A stretch of DNA of 64,000 nt from an uncultured delta proteobacterium (GTDB taxonomy: Bacteria > Myxococcota_A > Polyangia > Polyangiales > B10-G4), in NCBI GenBank assembly GCA_963727445.1, contig CAVSGI010000008.1:384001-448000 (forward strand), written 5' to 3'. Made by a program: the position numbers and the translations under genes. Positions 39,712-50,640 of the stretch are shown one piece after another (the first letter of the stretch is position 1; every line of letters starts with the position of its first letter). Under the pieces are notes generated by a model, which was given only the letters and a program-made list of their open reading frames with translations, did no database searches and was not told where the DNA came from.

Positions 39712-40830
39712 ATGGCGCAAAAGCCGACCGCGTACTGGGAGTACCTCCGCCTCGAAGAGCTCCTCGAGCTCCAGGGGGGCAAGGAGCGCGACGAGTCCGC
39801 GCTCCTCGACGACGAGGTGCTCTTCATCGTCATCCACCAGATCGACGAGCTGTGGTTCAAGCTCGCCATCCGCGAGATGGTCTCCGTTCGGAACCTCTTC
39901 CGGCAGAACCCGGTGCCGGAGCAATCGCTGGCCTCCGCGGTGCGGGGCCTGAGGCGTCTGGCGCTCCTCTTCAGCCAGGTCAGCACGCACTTCGCGCTGA
40001 TGGAGACGATGACCACCCGCGACTACCTCGGGTTTCGCGACAAGCTCAGCCCGGCGAGCGGTTTTCAATCGGCGCAGCTCCGTGAGGTAGAGATCCTCTT
40101 CGGGCTCTCGGCACAAGACCGGGTGCCACTGGGCAGCGACAAGAGCTACCTCGAGGCGCTCAAGCACCCCGACGGGTCCGAGTCGTACGCGTCGCGCCGT
40201 GTCGAAGCCCGGATGCAGGACACACCGAGCCTTCACCAGGTGATCCAGGACTGGCTGCATCGAACGCCGATCCAGGGGTCCCAGCCGGAAGACACCGGCG
40301 ACGACGCGGTGGTCGCGGACTTCGTCGAGGCCTTTCTCAAGGCCCATCGCTCGGAGGTGGAGGCGATCATCGACGCGACGCTCCTCGGCAATCCCTCGGC
40401 CGAGGATCGCTCCCTCCTCGAGAAGCGTTACGAGGTGCAGGTGAAGAGCGCGGAGTCGTTCCTCCGCGCCGAGGACATGACGGACGAGGCGGAGCGCGCG
40501 CGCGTCCGGCGCATCCGGGCGGCGGCCACCTTCATCGAGAGCTACCGCGAGCTGCCGCTCTTGGCCTGGCCGCGCGAGGTGATCGACTCGGTGGTGGCGC
40601 TGGAGCAGGCGTTCCTGATCTTTCGCCAGCGACACGCGCGAATGGTCGAGCGCGTCATCGGCCGACGCACCGGGACCGGAGGCTCGACCGGAGTGGACTA
40701 CCTCGACTCCACCGCCCTCCGCTACCGTGTTTTTCGGGACATCTGGGCCGTCCGTACCATCCTGCTGCGGCAGGAAGCCCTGCCCGCGCTTCAAAGCGCC
40801 GAGACCTACGGCTTCGTCGCCGGCGATTGA
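39712..40830 (+). CDS. kynA: Tryptophan 2,3-dioxygenase
   Basis: YWEYLRLEELL, LFIVIHQ..ELWFK, PASGFQSAQ.R, RH..MVERVIG..GTGGSTGVDYL. Confidence 0.93.
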   Translation: MAQKPTAYWEYLRLEELLELQGGKERDESALLDDEVLFIVIHQIDELWFKLAIREMVSVRNLFRQNPVPEQSLASAVRGLRRLALLFSQVSTHFALMETMTTRDYLGFRDKLSPASGFQSAQLREVEILFGLSAQDRVPLGSDKSYLEALKHPDGSESYASRRVEARMQDTPSLHQVIQDWLHRTPIQGSQPEDTGDDAVVADFVEAFLKAHRSEVEAIIDATLLGNPSAEDRSLLEKRYEVQVKSAESFLRAEDMTDEAERARVRRIRAAATFIESYRELPLLAWPREVIDSVVALEQAFLIFRQRHARMVERVIGRRTGTGGSTGVDYLDSTALRYRVFRDIWAVRTILLRQEALPALQSAETYGFVAGD

Positions 40831-40880
40831 GCGAACTCCAATCTTCGCTAAACGCCCGCGGGGCCGTACGATGTCCGTCC

Positions 40881-42455
40881 ATGGCCGACGACTGGGAAGA
40901 CCCGTCGACCGATGTTCGGGATTTCGATACGTCGACCTCGAGCCTCCGGTCCCGGGGCGAGCGCGAGCCAGCGCTCGGCCAGGCCATCCTGGTGATGCTC
41001 ACCGGTGCCACCATCGGCCGTCGCTTCGCGCTGCGGGAGCACGCGACCATCGGCCGGGCCGCCGACAACACCATCGTGATCGACGACCCGAAGGTGAGCC
41101 GGAACCACGCGGAGATGAAGCTGACGGCTACGGGCTGGGTCATCCGCGATCGAAAGAGTCGAAACGGGGTGCAGATCAACGGTGAGGCGATCACCAAAGA
41201 GACCGCGCTGCGTGTCGGCGACGAGATCCAGATCGGCGAGAACACGAGCTTCGCCCTCACACTCCCGGACCCCCTTCAGGAACAGGCGCTGCAGCGTCAG
41301 AAGATGGAGGCCATCGGGCGGCTCGGCGCGGGCGTGGCCCACGACTTCAACAACCTCCTCGGCGCCGCCCTCGCGACGCTCGACAACCTCTCCGCGATGC
41401 CCGCCAAGACGCCCATCGGAGACCCCGAGGTGGTGGAGTGCCTCGACGACGTGCGGGCCGCCGCCGTCCGCGCGACCGAGCTCACGCGGAGGTTGCTTCG
41501 CTTCTCACGGCGCGAGTCCATGGCCGCCGACGCGGTGGACGTCTCCAAGCTCTGCCTCGAGGTGATCCACCTCGTGCAGCGCACGGTGGACCGCTCGATA
41601 TCGGTCGTGGGCGACGTGGCGCCGCGTCTCAGAGTCGATGGACACGCGGGCGAGCTCCATCAGCTCCTGATGAACCTCTGCATCAACGCCCGCGACGCCA
41701 TGCCCGAGGGCGGCACCCTCACCATCGCGGCGCAGCTGGTCCCGGAGGAAGCCCTGGTGGGGCTGCCCATCCAGCAACGGCTACCGCACGTGGCCCTCCG
41801 CGTTTCGGACACCGGACGGGGCATCGACCGGGACACGCTGGAGAAGGTCTTCGAGCCCTTCTTCACCACCAAGGCCAAGGAGGCGGGCGCCGGCCTCGGT
41901 CTGGCCACGGTCTTCGACGTCGCCACCAGTCACGGCGGTACCGTGACCATCGAATCCGAGCCGGGCGAAGGGACCAGCGTGCGCGTCTTCCTGCCGGCAC
42001 GCCCCCGCAAGCGCGCGCACCGCCGCACACCGACAGCCGCGCAAGAGGCGTCGACGAAGCCCGCCTTCACCGAGGCCGCCGAGATCCTCATCGTCGACGA
42101 TCAGGCGCTGGTGCGGCGGAGCTGGGGCCGGCTCCTCAGGCGCGCTGGTCACACCGTGCGCATCGCCGAGGATGGCCAGCAGGCCCTCGACGAGCTCGCT
42201 GCCAAGGCGCCCGATCTCATGTTTCTCGACATCGACATGCCGGTGCTCGACGGCGTCTCCACCCTGGAAAAGCTTCGCGGCGCGCACCCCAAGCTGCCGG
42301 TGGTGTGTGTGTCCGGTCATTGGGAGGAGCCGACCGAGCGTCGCGTCCGCGAGCTCGGCGCTCTCGACGCCGTCGAGAAGCCGCTCAGCGCCAACAGACT
42401 GCTCGAGCTGGTCGCGCTCGCGATCGACACGATGAACGCCGGCCGAACGCTGTAG
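40881..42455 (+). CDS. Hybrid FHA-histidine kinase-receiver protein
   Basis: FHA (IGR...VSRNHA...SRNG); H-box AHDFNNLL; NLCINARDAM; GLGL; REC (IVDD, LDIDMP). Confidence 0.92.
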   Translation: MADDWEDPSTDVRDFDTSTSSLRSRGEREPALGQAILVMLTGATIGRRFALREHATIGRAADNTIVIDDPKVSRNHAEMKLTATGWVIRDRKSRNGVQINGEAITKETALRVGDEIQIGENTSFALTLPDPLQEQALQRQKMEAIGRLGAGVAHDFNNLLGAALATLDNLSAMPAKTPIGDPEVVECLDDVRAAAVRATELTRRLLRFSRRESMAADAVDVSKLCLEVIHLVQRTVDRSISVVGDVAPRLRVDGHAGELHQLLMNLCINARDAMPEGGTLTIAAQLVPEEALVGLPIQQRLPHVALRVSDTGRGIDRDTLEKVFEPFFTTKAKEAGAGLGLATVFDVATSHGGTVTIESEPGEGTSVRVFLPARPRKRAHRRTPTAAQEASTKPAFTEAAEILIVDDQALVRRSWGRLLRRAGHTVRIAEDGQQALDELAAKAPDLMFLDIDMPVLDGVSTLEKLRGAHPKLPVVCVSGHWEEPTERRVRELGALDAVEKPLSANRLLELVALAIDTMNAGRTL

Positions 42456-42462
42456 CCGTCGG

Positions 42463-45400
42463 CTACTCGGCGTCGGCGGTCTTCGGTGCGCTCGGCGCGC
42501 GAAGCCCGAGCCTCGCGACGACCCTGCGGCCCATGCCGCGGAAGTCCTCCATGATGGAGTACATCGTCGGGACCAGAACCAGGGTCAGCACGGTCGCCAC
42601 CGCGAGGCCGAAGATCACCGCGACCGCCATCGGCCCCCACCACTGTGCGCTCTGCGAGCCGAAGACCATCTCGCCCTTGCCGAAGTCGAAGCTGATGCCG
42701 GCCGCCATGGGCACCAAGCCGAGGATGGTGGTGAGCGCGGTGATGATCACCGGCCTGAAGCGCGTCAACCCGGCCTCGATCAACGCGTCGTACATCGAGA
42801 AGCCGCGCTCTCGGAGCTGCTCGACGTAGTCGAGGAGCACGATGGCGTTGTTGACCACGACGCCGGCGAGCGAGATCACGCCGATCCCCGTCATGATGAT
42901 GCCGAACGGGGTGCCGGTGAGCACCAGACCCCAGAGCACGCCGATGAGCGACAGGACCACGTCGCCAGGATGATCAGCGGCAGGTCGAAGCGGTTGAACT
43001 GAGTCACCAGCACGACCAGGATCAAGAAGACGGCGATGAGGAACGCGTTTCCGAGGAACTCCTGCGATGCGCGCTGCTCGTCGTTCGCGCCGCCGAGGCG
43101 CAGGTGGATCCCCGGCGGCGGCGCGGTCTCGGCGATGTACTTCTCGACCTCGGCCCGAACTGCGTTCTCGTTGAAACCCTCCTCCACGTCGCCGTCGATG
43201 GTGACGACCAGATCCTGATCGATGTGGCGGATGCTGCCGCTGCCTCCGGCGAGCTCGTAGGAAGCGACCGCGGAGAGCGGGACGGCGAAGGTGTCGGGGC
43301 TGGTGTCCTCGCGTCCCGGGATGCGGAGCGCGAGGATCGCCTGCAGGTCGTTCCGGAAGCGCGGCGCCAGCTCCACCACCACGTCGTACTCGTCTTCGCC
43401 CTCGCGGATGGTGGTCGCCACGTTGCCCGCCACGGCCGCGCGCACCGCCTGAGCGACCTGAGCGGTGCTCGCGCCAACTCGCTTCGCCGCGCCGCGGTTG
43501 ATGCGCAGGCGCATCTCGGGACGCCCGACGCGGTAGTTGTCGCGCAGGCCGGTAGCGCCCGCGATCTCCGCCAGGTCGCGGCGCACCCGGGCTGCGTACG
43601 CCCCGACCTCGTGAAAGTCCTCGCCGCTCACCTCGACCGAGATCGGCGAGCCGACGGGAGGGCCCTGGCGCTCCTTCTCGATCTCGATGCTCGCGCCGGG
43701 GATGTCGACCAGCTGCGCGCGAACGCGGCTGATGGTGTCGCGGGTGTCTTCGACGCGCGGCGTCTCCCCTGCCCTGGCCCGGGTGGCGTGCGGCAGGAAG
43801 TCGATGGTCAGGCGGGCCTGATTGCTCGCCGCCTGGTTGGCCGCCATCGGGTCTCCGTTGCCGGCGACACCGGTCTCGGCGACGTAGAAGTTGATGTTCT
43901 CCTGCTCGAGCAGGATGCGCTCCACCCGGCGGACGATCCGGTCGGTGGCCTCGACGTCGGTACCGTCGGGAGCGCGAACGGTGACCGTCGCCCGATCGGG
44001 TTCGACGTCGGGGAAGAACTCGGTGCCGTGGTTAAGAGGCCGTAGGCGACGAAGGTCGCCGACGAGCGAGACGCACGCCCAGCGAGAGGCTCATGTAGCG
44101 GTGGTCGATGCTCCAGCTGGAGCAGCCGCCGGTACGCCCGCATCACGCGGGGTCGAGCTCCTTCTGCTCGCCCTCCGGCACCTTCTTCGACTCTTCATGA
44201 ACTGGCTGGTGACCACCGGCAGAACGGCGAGCGCGACGACCAGCGAGCAGAGCAGGACGATGACGACCGTCTTGGGCAGGTAGCCCATGAACTCGCCCAT
44301 GATCCCGGCCCAGAAGAGCAGCGGCGCGAAGGCGGCGACGGTGGTCAGCAGTGGAGGCGATGACCGCCAGCGCGATCTCCTTGGTCCCGTCGATGGAGGC
44401 GTCGAAGAGGCTCTTCCCCATCTCGGCGTGCCGGTAGATGTTCTCCACGAGCACGATCGCGTTGTCGACGAGCATGCCGAGCCCGAGCATCAGCGAGAAG
44501 AGCACGATCATGTTCAGCGTCATCCCGAAGGCCGAGATGAAGAGCATCGACATGAGCATGGACAGCGGGATGGCGAGAGCGACGAAGAGGCAGTTGCGTG
44601 CGCCCATGAAGAAGAGGATCACCCCGACGACGAGGATCAGCGCCGTGATGATGTTGTTCTCGAGCTCGGCGACCATCAGCTCGATGTCGCGCGACTGGTC
44701 GCCGATGCATGCGGAGCCTCACGCCCTCGGGCCAGTCGGCGGAGCGCTCGCTGAGGATCTCCTTCACCTGTCCGGCGACCTCGAGGAGGTTCGAGCCGGC
44801 GCGCTTCTTGATCCGCGAGGGTGACCGCGGGCTGACCGTTGACGCGCGCGTAGCTGTTGCGATCCTCGAAGGAGTCGACGACCTCGCCGAGGTCGCGCAC
44901 GAAGACGGGCCGGTCGCCGATGCGCTTGACGGCGACCGCCTCGATCTCGGCGGGGTCGACGAATTCGCCCGGGACGCGCAAGAGGAAGTTGGCGTCGCCC
45001 GCGCCGACGTCGCCGCCGGGGATGTTGACGTTCTCGCTGTTGATGGCGCCGATGACGTCATCGAGCTTCAGCGAGTAGTGGGCGAGGCGGTGTGGGTCGA
45101 TCTCGACGCGAATCTGACGCGTGCGACCGCCCTTGAGCTCCACGTCGAGGACGCCATCCACCCGGCTCACCTCGTCTTCGAGCTCCTCGCCGATGTCCTT
45201 GAGCACCTCCTCGTCCACCGGACCGGCGATGGTGACGATCATGATCGGGAAGTCGGAGAAGGACACCTCTCGAATGTCGGTCTCCTCGGCGTCCTCGGGC
45301 AGGTCGGGTCGCGCGCGGCTCACCCGGTCGCGCACCCGCTGAAGGGCGTCTTCGATGACGATGTCCGGCTCGAACTCGAGGGTGATGAGGCTGACGCCCT

Positions 45401-45650
45401 CGGCCGAGGTGCTGCTCATCTTCTTCAGGTCCTTCAGACCCGACAGCTCGTTCTCGAGCGGGACCGTGATCAGGCCTTCGATGTCTTCGGGCGAGACGCC
45501 GACATAGGGCGTCGCGACCATGACCACCGGGACGTCGATGTCGGGAAAGGACTCGCGCGGCAGGTCCAGATAGGTCTTCAGGCCGAACAGGAAGACGCAG
45601 AAGGTGACCAGCAGGACTGGCGCCCTGTTCTTGACGAGCGCGCGGATCAT
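42463..45650 (-). pseudogene. RND efflux permease (AcrB/CzcA-like) broken by at least 5 frameshifts (possibly assembly errors)
   Basis: LPRESFPDI, LGMLVDNAIVLVENIYRH, GVVVNNAIVLLD, RFRPVIIT; breaks at about 44820, 44710, 44345, 44160-44040 and 42960. Confidence 0.85.
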
Positions 45651-46738
45651 CAGAACCTCACGCGACCCTGGGTGCAGCACTCTCCTTCGCGCACCACCAG
45701 GACCGCATCACCGTCTTCGAGCTCACGCTGCCCGGTCATGATCACCCGATCGCCGAGCGCCAGACCTTCGGTGACGATCACCTGATTGCGCACCACGGGC
45801 CCGAGCGCGATCGGACGCCATCGCGCGACGCCGTCCTCTTCGAGGAAGACCCCGAGCCCCTCGAGCTTGGTGACGACCCAGTCCTGCGGGATGACCAGGG
45901 CCTCGCCCTCGAGCTCGGCGTCGATGCGCACCTGCGCGATCATCCCGGGCAGGAGGCGTCGGTCCGGGTTCGCCACCGTGATGTCGACCATGAAGGACCG
46001 GGTCTGCATGTCCGCTGCGGGATTGACGTGGCTGACCGTACCCTGGAAGACGCCCGCCGCCGCGTCGGTGGTGATGCTGGCGGGCATCCCCTCGGAGAGC
46101 GCCACCACGTCCCGATCCGAAACCGAGATCGAGACCTTCACCTCGTCGAGGTCCACCAGACGCAGAAGCGGTGCGCCGGGCGACGCGATCTCACCCTGGT
46201 CGGCCTCGAGCTCGGCGACCACGCCCGCGAAGGGCGCCTTGATGACCGAACGGCTCACCGCGATGCGCGCGGCGTTCTGGGCGGCGCGCGCCGCCTCGAG
46301 GCGCGTCTGGTAGGCGTCGCGCTCTGCCTGAGCGAGGGCATTGCCGAGGCGCTCGGCACGCCCCGCCTCGCGTTCGGCCGACGCGAGCTCCACCTGGGTC
46401 TGCGCGAGGCGGGCCGCGGCGCTCTGAGTGTCGACGCGGATCAAGGTCTGGCCGCGGCGCACCTCGTCTCCGTTTTCGACGAGGACCCGCTCGATGAAGC
46501 CGCCCATCGCGGACCCGAGAGTGGCGTCGTTGGCGCCGCGGACCTCGCCCGGAAGCGCGAGCTCGAGCCCGGCTTCGGAGGTGGCGATCGAGGCCACCTC
46601 CACGCGCGTCGCGGTGCTGCGGGCCACCGCCGGGGCTTCGCTCTCCTCCCGAGACCGCTGGGGCGTGTCGCCCTGGCTGGACTGGGCCTCACTCTGGCCG
46701 CAAGCCACGAGGAGTACGAATACGTAGGCGTAATTCAA
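45650..46738 (-). CDS. RND efflux periplasmic adaptor (MFP) lipoprotein
   Basis: GGAGG RBS with TTG start; lipobox LVAC; G.IERV.VENGD.V..GQ.L, IKAPFAGVV, LLPGM; TGATG coupling to the permease. Confidence 0.9.
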   Translation of the reverse strand: MNYAYVFVLLVACGQSEAQSSQGDTPQRSREESEAPAVARSTATRVEVASIATSEAGLELALPGEVRGANDATLGSAMGGFIERVLVENGDEVRRGQTLIRVDTQSAAARLAQTQVELASAEREAGRAERLGNALAQAERDAYQTRLEAARAAQNAARIAVSRSVIKAPFAGVVAELEADQGEIASPGAPLLRLVDLDEVKVSISVSDRDVVALSEGMPASITTDAAAGVFQGTVSHVNPAADMQTRSFMVDITVANPDRRLLPGMIAQVRIDAELEGEALVIPQDWVVTKLEGLGVFLEEDGVARWRPIALGPVVRNQVIVTEGLALGDRVIMTGQRELEDGDAVLVVREGECCTQGRVRF

Positions 46739-46862
46739 CGTCAATCCTCCCCAGGCGCACCGCGAACCTGGTCGCAACCCCGCGAGGCGTCAAGGGGGTT
46801 TCGACCGATCGGTCATGCGATTGGACAACCGCGCTGCGCGGGCGTTCCCCGCGAAACTTCCG

Positions 46863-47417
46863 TCAGAAATTCAGCCCTATCTGAAGCCCGAAGGGAAAGG
46901 AGAGCCGAAAGAGCAGCGCCAGGCGCGGCGGCGCGAAATGCCAGCGAGCGCCGAAGCTCACCACGGGCGAGGCGGAAGCGCAGACGTTGCCGCCGTTGCA
47001 CTCGAGAGCGGCGACCGTGAACCCGAGCTCCGGGAAGACCGACCACTTCTCCGTGAGGTAGAAGTTCCACTGCGCTGCCACCAGGGGCCAGATGCTCCAA
47101 TCCCCCCAACAGCCGTAGCCGGCGCAGGTCCGATTGTTGTCCCAGTTCACGAATTGGACGTCGCCGCCGACCGTGATCGCGAGCTCGTCGTCGAGGTTGT
47201 CGATCAGGCCGTCGGGCACGATGGGGATGTCGACGCGGAAGCCGAGGCCGAAGGCCCACCACCATCCGATGGTGCCGTGGACGTCGAAGCGGACGGTGTC
47301 GATCTTGTTCTGTCCATTCGCCCCCGGCGGCTGTTGCGCCTCTGCCAGGCTCGCACCCGAGACCAGGACCAACGCGGCCAGCGCCATCGCGGCTCTCGTC
47401 GCCTTTTCCATCCTCAT
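46863..47417 (-). CDS. Small secreted protein, probable outer-membrane beta-barrel
   Basis: Signal peptide; alternating amphipathic strands; C-terminal Phe (GLQIGLNF). Confidence 0.65.
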   Translation of the reverse strand: MRMEKATRAAMALAALVLVSGASLAEAQQPPGANGQNKIDTVRFDVHGTIGWWWAFGLGFRVDIPIVPDGLIDNLDDELAITVGGDVQFVNWDNNRTCAGYGCWGDWSIWPLVAAQWNFYLTEKWSVFPELGFTVAALECNGGNVCASASPVVSFGARWHFAPPRLALLFRLSFPFGLQIGLNF

Positions 47418-47515
47418 GGTCGCGGAGGATACCCGGAGCCAGATCTGGATGGAATCTCGCAGAAAACCGCACCGTTAACATGCGAGGAGCAGCCCTTCTG
47501 CCTACACTTCCGCGC

Positions 47516-50500
47516 ATGGTCGGCCGCCGACTCGCGTCCGTTTTCATCCTCGTCGCCGCGGTCGCCTGCGGGGGCGCGGACAGCAGCGATCCGGCCGGCC
47601 CCTCGACCAGAGCCACCGCCAACGCCGAACGTCCACAGTCGTGTCCCGCCCAGGCGCCCGCGCCGAGCCCCCTGCCCCACGTGAGCGAGGAAGCGCGGAC
47701 CGCCGCCTACTGGATCGAACGATCCCGCGCCTACGGCGACCCCGACGCCCCACTCTTGAGCGCCGCGGACATCGCGAACCTGAACGCCGCGATGGCGCTC
47801 CCCGTCGAGGAGCGGCCCCTCGGGCAGATCGACCTGAGCGCGCCCGTCGACGAGGCGCTGGTGCTCGCCGAGGTGCAGGAACGCATCGAGGCCATCCGCG
47901 GCAAGATGGAGCGCGAGGAGTACCGGGACGCCGAAGGCGAGCGGGTGAGCGACGACGTGATGGCGGCTTTCGCCAGCGTCGACGCCCTGCCTGCCCTCAC
48001 GCCCTCGCTCCACCGGGCCACCGAGCGGATCCAACTGCGCTGCGGCCCGACCCTCGAGAGCTTCTACACGCCGAGCCTCGATATGGACTTCGACCGCAAC
48101 AACTGCAGCAGCGCACACGCGGGCGAGCCGGTGCAGGTCCTGGCGGCGTGGCCCGGCGGCCTGTCCCTGGTCCGCACGCCCTACGCCCTCGGCTGGGTCG
48201 ACCAGGACGCGCCGCTCTCCGAGGCGGTCACCGGGGACGCGGCGGCAGCGCTCCTGGCGCGTCCCGCCTCCGACATGTCACGGCGCGACGTGATCGAGTC
48301 GGCCTTCGCGATGCTGGGCGAGCCCTACGGCTGGGGCGGTCACGAGGGCGGGCGCGACTGCTCGCGCTTCCTGATGGACCTCTTCGCCGGCTTCGGGATC
48401 GGGTTGCCGCGACACTCGGCGCGGCAGGCCCTCGCCGGGACCTTCAGCGTCGACGTCTCCTCGGTGGCGAGCTCCCGCGAAAAGCTCTTGCTGCTCGAAG
48501 AGGCGGCGCATCGAGGGATCGTGCTCTTGCACTTCCCCGGGCACATCATGATGTACCTGGGCGAGACCGAGGACGGCACGCCGATGGCGATCCACTCCTT
48601 CTCGGAGTACCTCGAACCCTGCGAAGGCGTGACCCTGGCCGACGGATCGGCGGCAGAGATCCTGCGCCGCGTCGACGAGATCACGGTGAGCGATCTGAGC
48701 CTCGGCGAAGGGAGCAGCCGCACCTCCTTCCTCGAGCGCATCACGCGGATCTCGGTGCTCGGCAAGGCGCCCGGGCCGGCGCTCCGCGGGGTGGCCGAGC
48801 TGCGCGCGGCGGCGCCCATCGTGATGCCCGAGGAGTGCAACGACACCCTCGAAGCCTCGATCTTCCGCTCGCCCGCGCGCGCCAACGCCGATCAGCCGCT
48901 GAAGGTGATCGTGACCCTGACGGAGGATCCGGGGCCGGTGGCGCTCCTGCTGCGCGATCCGCGCGGCAACCCCGTGGAGGCGGAGGTACATCGCCTCGGA
49001 GGCCCGCCTTTCACCTACTGGGCGAAGGTGGATCACCCCGCGCAGGGGCGATGGACGGCGATCCTCGGAGACGGAACCCGCTCGGTCGCTTGCGAGCGCT
49101 TCAGCGTCCTTCGGGATCGCGGGCCCCGGCCCACCCCCGACACCCACGCGTGGGACGTGCACTGGCAGTGGGAGGCCGACACCGAGAACCTCTACGCCGC
49201 GTGGGTGGAGCAGCTCTTCGACTATCCCCCCGAAGAGGACCTGACCTGGACGAGCCTGACGGAGCTCCTGCAGAACCGCGACAACAACCTGCTCTACGAT
49301 CACCTCAGCCAGGAGGAGGACGAGAACATCCGCCTGGTGCCCGACTGCGCCGACCTCCCCTACTTCCTGCGCGCATACTTCAGCTGGAAGCTCCGCCTGC
49401 CCTTCGCCTTCCGCCGCTGCAGCCGCGGACGCGCCGGCGTTCCTCCGCACTGCAACGACCTCAACACCAACCTGGTGCCGCGCGAGGGCGTGGACGACGC
49501 CAGCTCGTTCTCGGTCTTCATCCGCTCGGTGGCGAACGGCGTGCACTCGGCGAGCGCGCGAGGCCTGCCGACCGACGACGACACCGACACCTATCCGGTC
49601 GCCCTCGACCGCGCGTCGATCCTGCCGGGCACCGTCTACGCCGATCCCTACGGGCATCTGTTGGTGGTGGCGCAGTGGATCCCGCAGGGCACCGATCACT
49701 ACGGCATCATGATCGGCGCCGACGCCCAGCCCGACGGCACCGTGGGCCGCCGTCGCTTCTGGCGGGGCTCGTTCCTCTTCGATCCCTCGACCGAGGACGT
49801 GGGCGCCGGCTTCAAGGCGTGGCGCCCGCTGGTCTACGACCGGCGCGCCGAGACCATCACCTCCCTCGACAACGACGCCCTGCGCCGCACCCGGCAGCAC
49901 ACGCGCTTGTCGATGGATCAATACGAGGGGTCGGTGGACGACTTCTACGACCGCATGGAAGCGGTGATCAATCCACGGCCCCTCGATCCCGAGGTGCGGA
50001 TGCTCGCGCTCATCGACGCCCTCGACGAGGCGGTGGCCCGCCGGGTGGTGTCGATGCAGAACGGCATCGACTTTCAGGGCGACAACGGCTGGCGCACCAT
50101 CGAGATGCCGAACGGCTACTCGATCTTCGAGACCACCGGTCCCTGGGAGGACTTCTCGTCGCCTGCGCGCGACATGCGCCTGTTGATCAGCATCGACGCG
50201 GTCGAGCAGTTCCCCGATGCCGTCGGGCGCGTGCCGGAGCAGTTCGGCCTCACCGCCGAGGAGGCGCCGGCCGCGGCGACGGCGCTTCGCCAGAGGCGCG
50301 CCGAGATCCTCGGTGAGCGGCGCTTCGAGTACACGAAGAGCGATGGTGAGACGCAGGCGCTCACCCTCGCCGACGTGGTCGGCCGCAAGGAGGGGTTCGA
50401 GATGAGCTACAACCCCAACGACTGCATCGAGGTTCGCTGGGCCGCCCCCGAGGGATCGGACGAGCTCGCGAGCTGCCGCCACCACGCCCCACGGGCCCAG

Positions 50501-50560
50501 CGCGAGCGCATGGAACAGTACCGACAGTGGTTCCAGAACCGGCGCAGGCCACCGCGATAA
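47516..50560 (+). CDS. NlpC/P60 peptidase lipoprotein fused to a second papain-like Cys-His domain
   Basis: Lipobox VACGG; LGEPYGWGG..GRDCSRF, GHIMMY; later PDCADLPY...GHLLVV...DAQPD. Confidence 0.85.
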   Translation: MVGRRLASVFILVAAVACGGADSSDPAGPSTRATANAERPQSCPAQAPAPSPLPHVSEEARTAAYWIERSRAYGDPDAPLLSAADIANLNAAMALPVEERPLGQIDLSAPVDEALVLAEVQERIEAIRGKMEREEYRDAEGERVSDDVMAAFASVDALPALTPSLHRATERIQLRCGPTLESFYTPSLDMDFDRNNCSSAHAGEPVQVLAAWPGGLSLVRTPYALGWVDQDAPLSEAVTGDAAAALLARPASDMSRRDVIESAFAMLGEPYGWGGHEGGRDCSRFLMDLFAGFGIGLPRHSARQALAGTFSVDVSSVASSREKLLLLEEAAHRGIVLLHFPGHIMMYLGETEDGTPMAIHSFSEYLEPCEGVTLADGSAAEILRRVDEITVSDLSLGEGSSRTSFLERITRISVLGKAPGPALRGVAELRAAAPIVMPEECNDTLEASIFRSPARANADQPLKVIVTLTEDPGPVALLLRDPRGNPVEAEVHRLGGPPFTYWAKVDHPAQGRWTAILGDGTRSVACERFSVLRDRGPRPTPDTHAWDVHWQWEADTENLYAAWVEQLFDYPPEEDLTWTSLTELLQNRDNNLLYDHLSQEEDENIRLVPDCADLPYFLRAYFSWKLRLPFAFRRCSRGRAGVPPHCNDLNTNLVPREGVDDASSFSVFIRSVANGVHSASARGLPTDDDTDTYPVALDRASILPGTVYADPYGHLLVVAQWIPQGTDHYGIMIGADAQPDGTVGRRRFWRGSFLFDPSTEDVGAGFKAWRPLVYDRRAETITSLDNDALRRTRQHTRLSMDQYEGSVDDFYDRMEAVINPRPLDPEVRMLALIDALDEAVARRVVSMQNGIDFQGDNGWRTIEMPNGYSIFETTGPWEDFSSPARDMRLLISIDAVEQFPDAVGRVPEQFGLTAEEAPAAATALRQRRAEILGERRFEYTKSDGETQALTLADVVGRKEGFEMSYNPNDCIEVRWAAPEGSDELASCRHHAPRAQRERMEQYRQWFQNRRRPPR

Positions 50561-50640
50561 TCATCCCCGAAAGGGGACGTGTGTTTCCGCGCCCCGCGGA
50601 CGGGCGTCCCCTCGGGAGTGAGTGTATCCTCCGCCCCGCC

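Noticed and set aside
50561..50620. Hairpin TCCCC-GAAA-GGGGA and an alternative inverted repeat as an ncRNA or riboswitch
   Set aside because: It is too short and has no recognisable family features or U-tract. It is probably a 3' stabilising stem.
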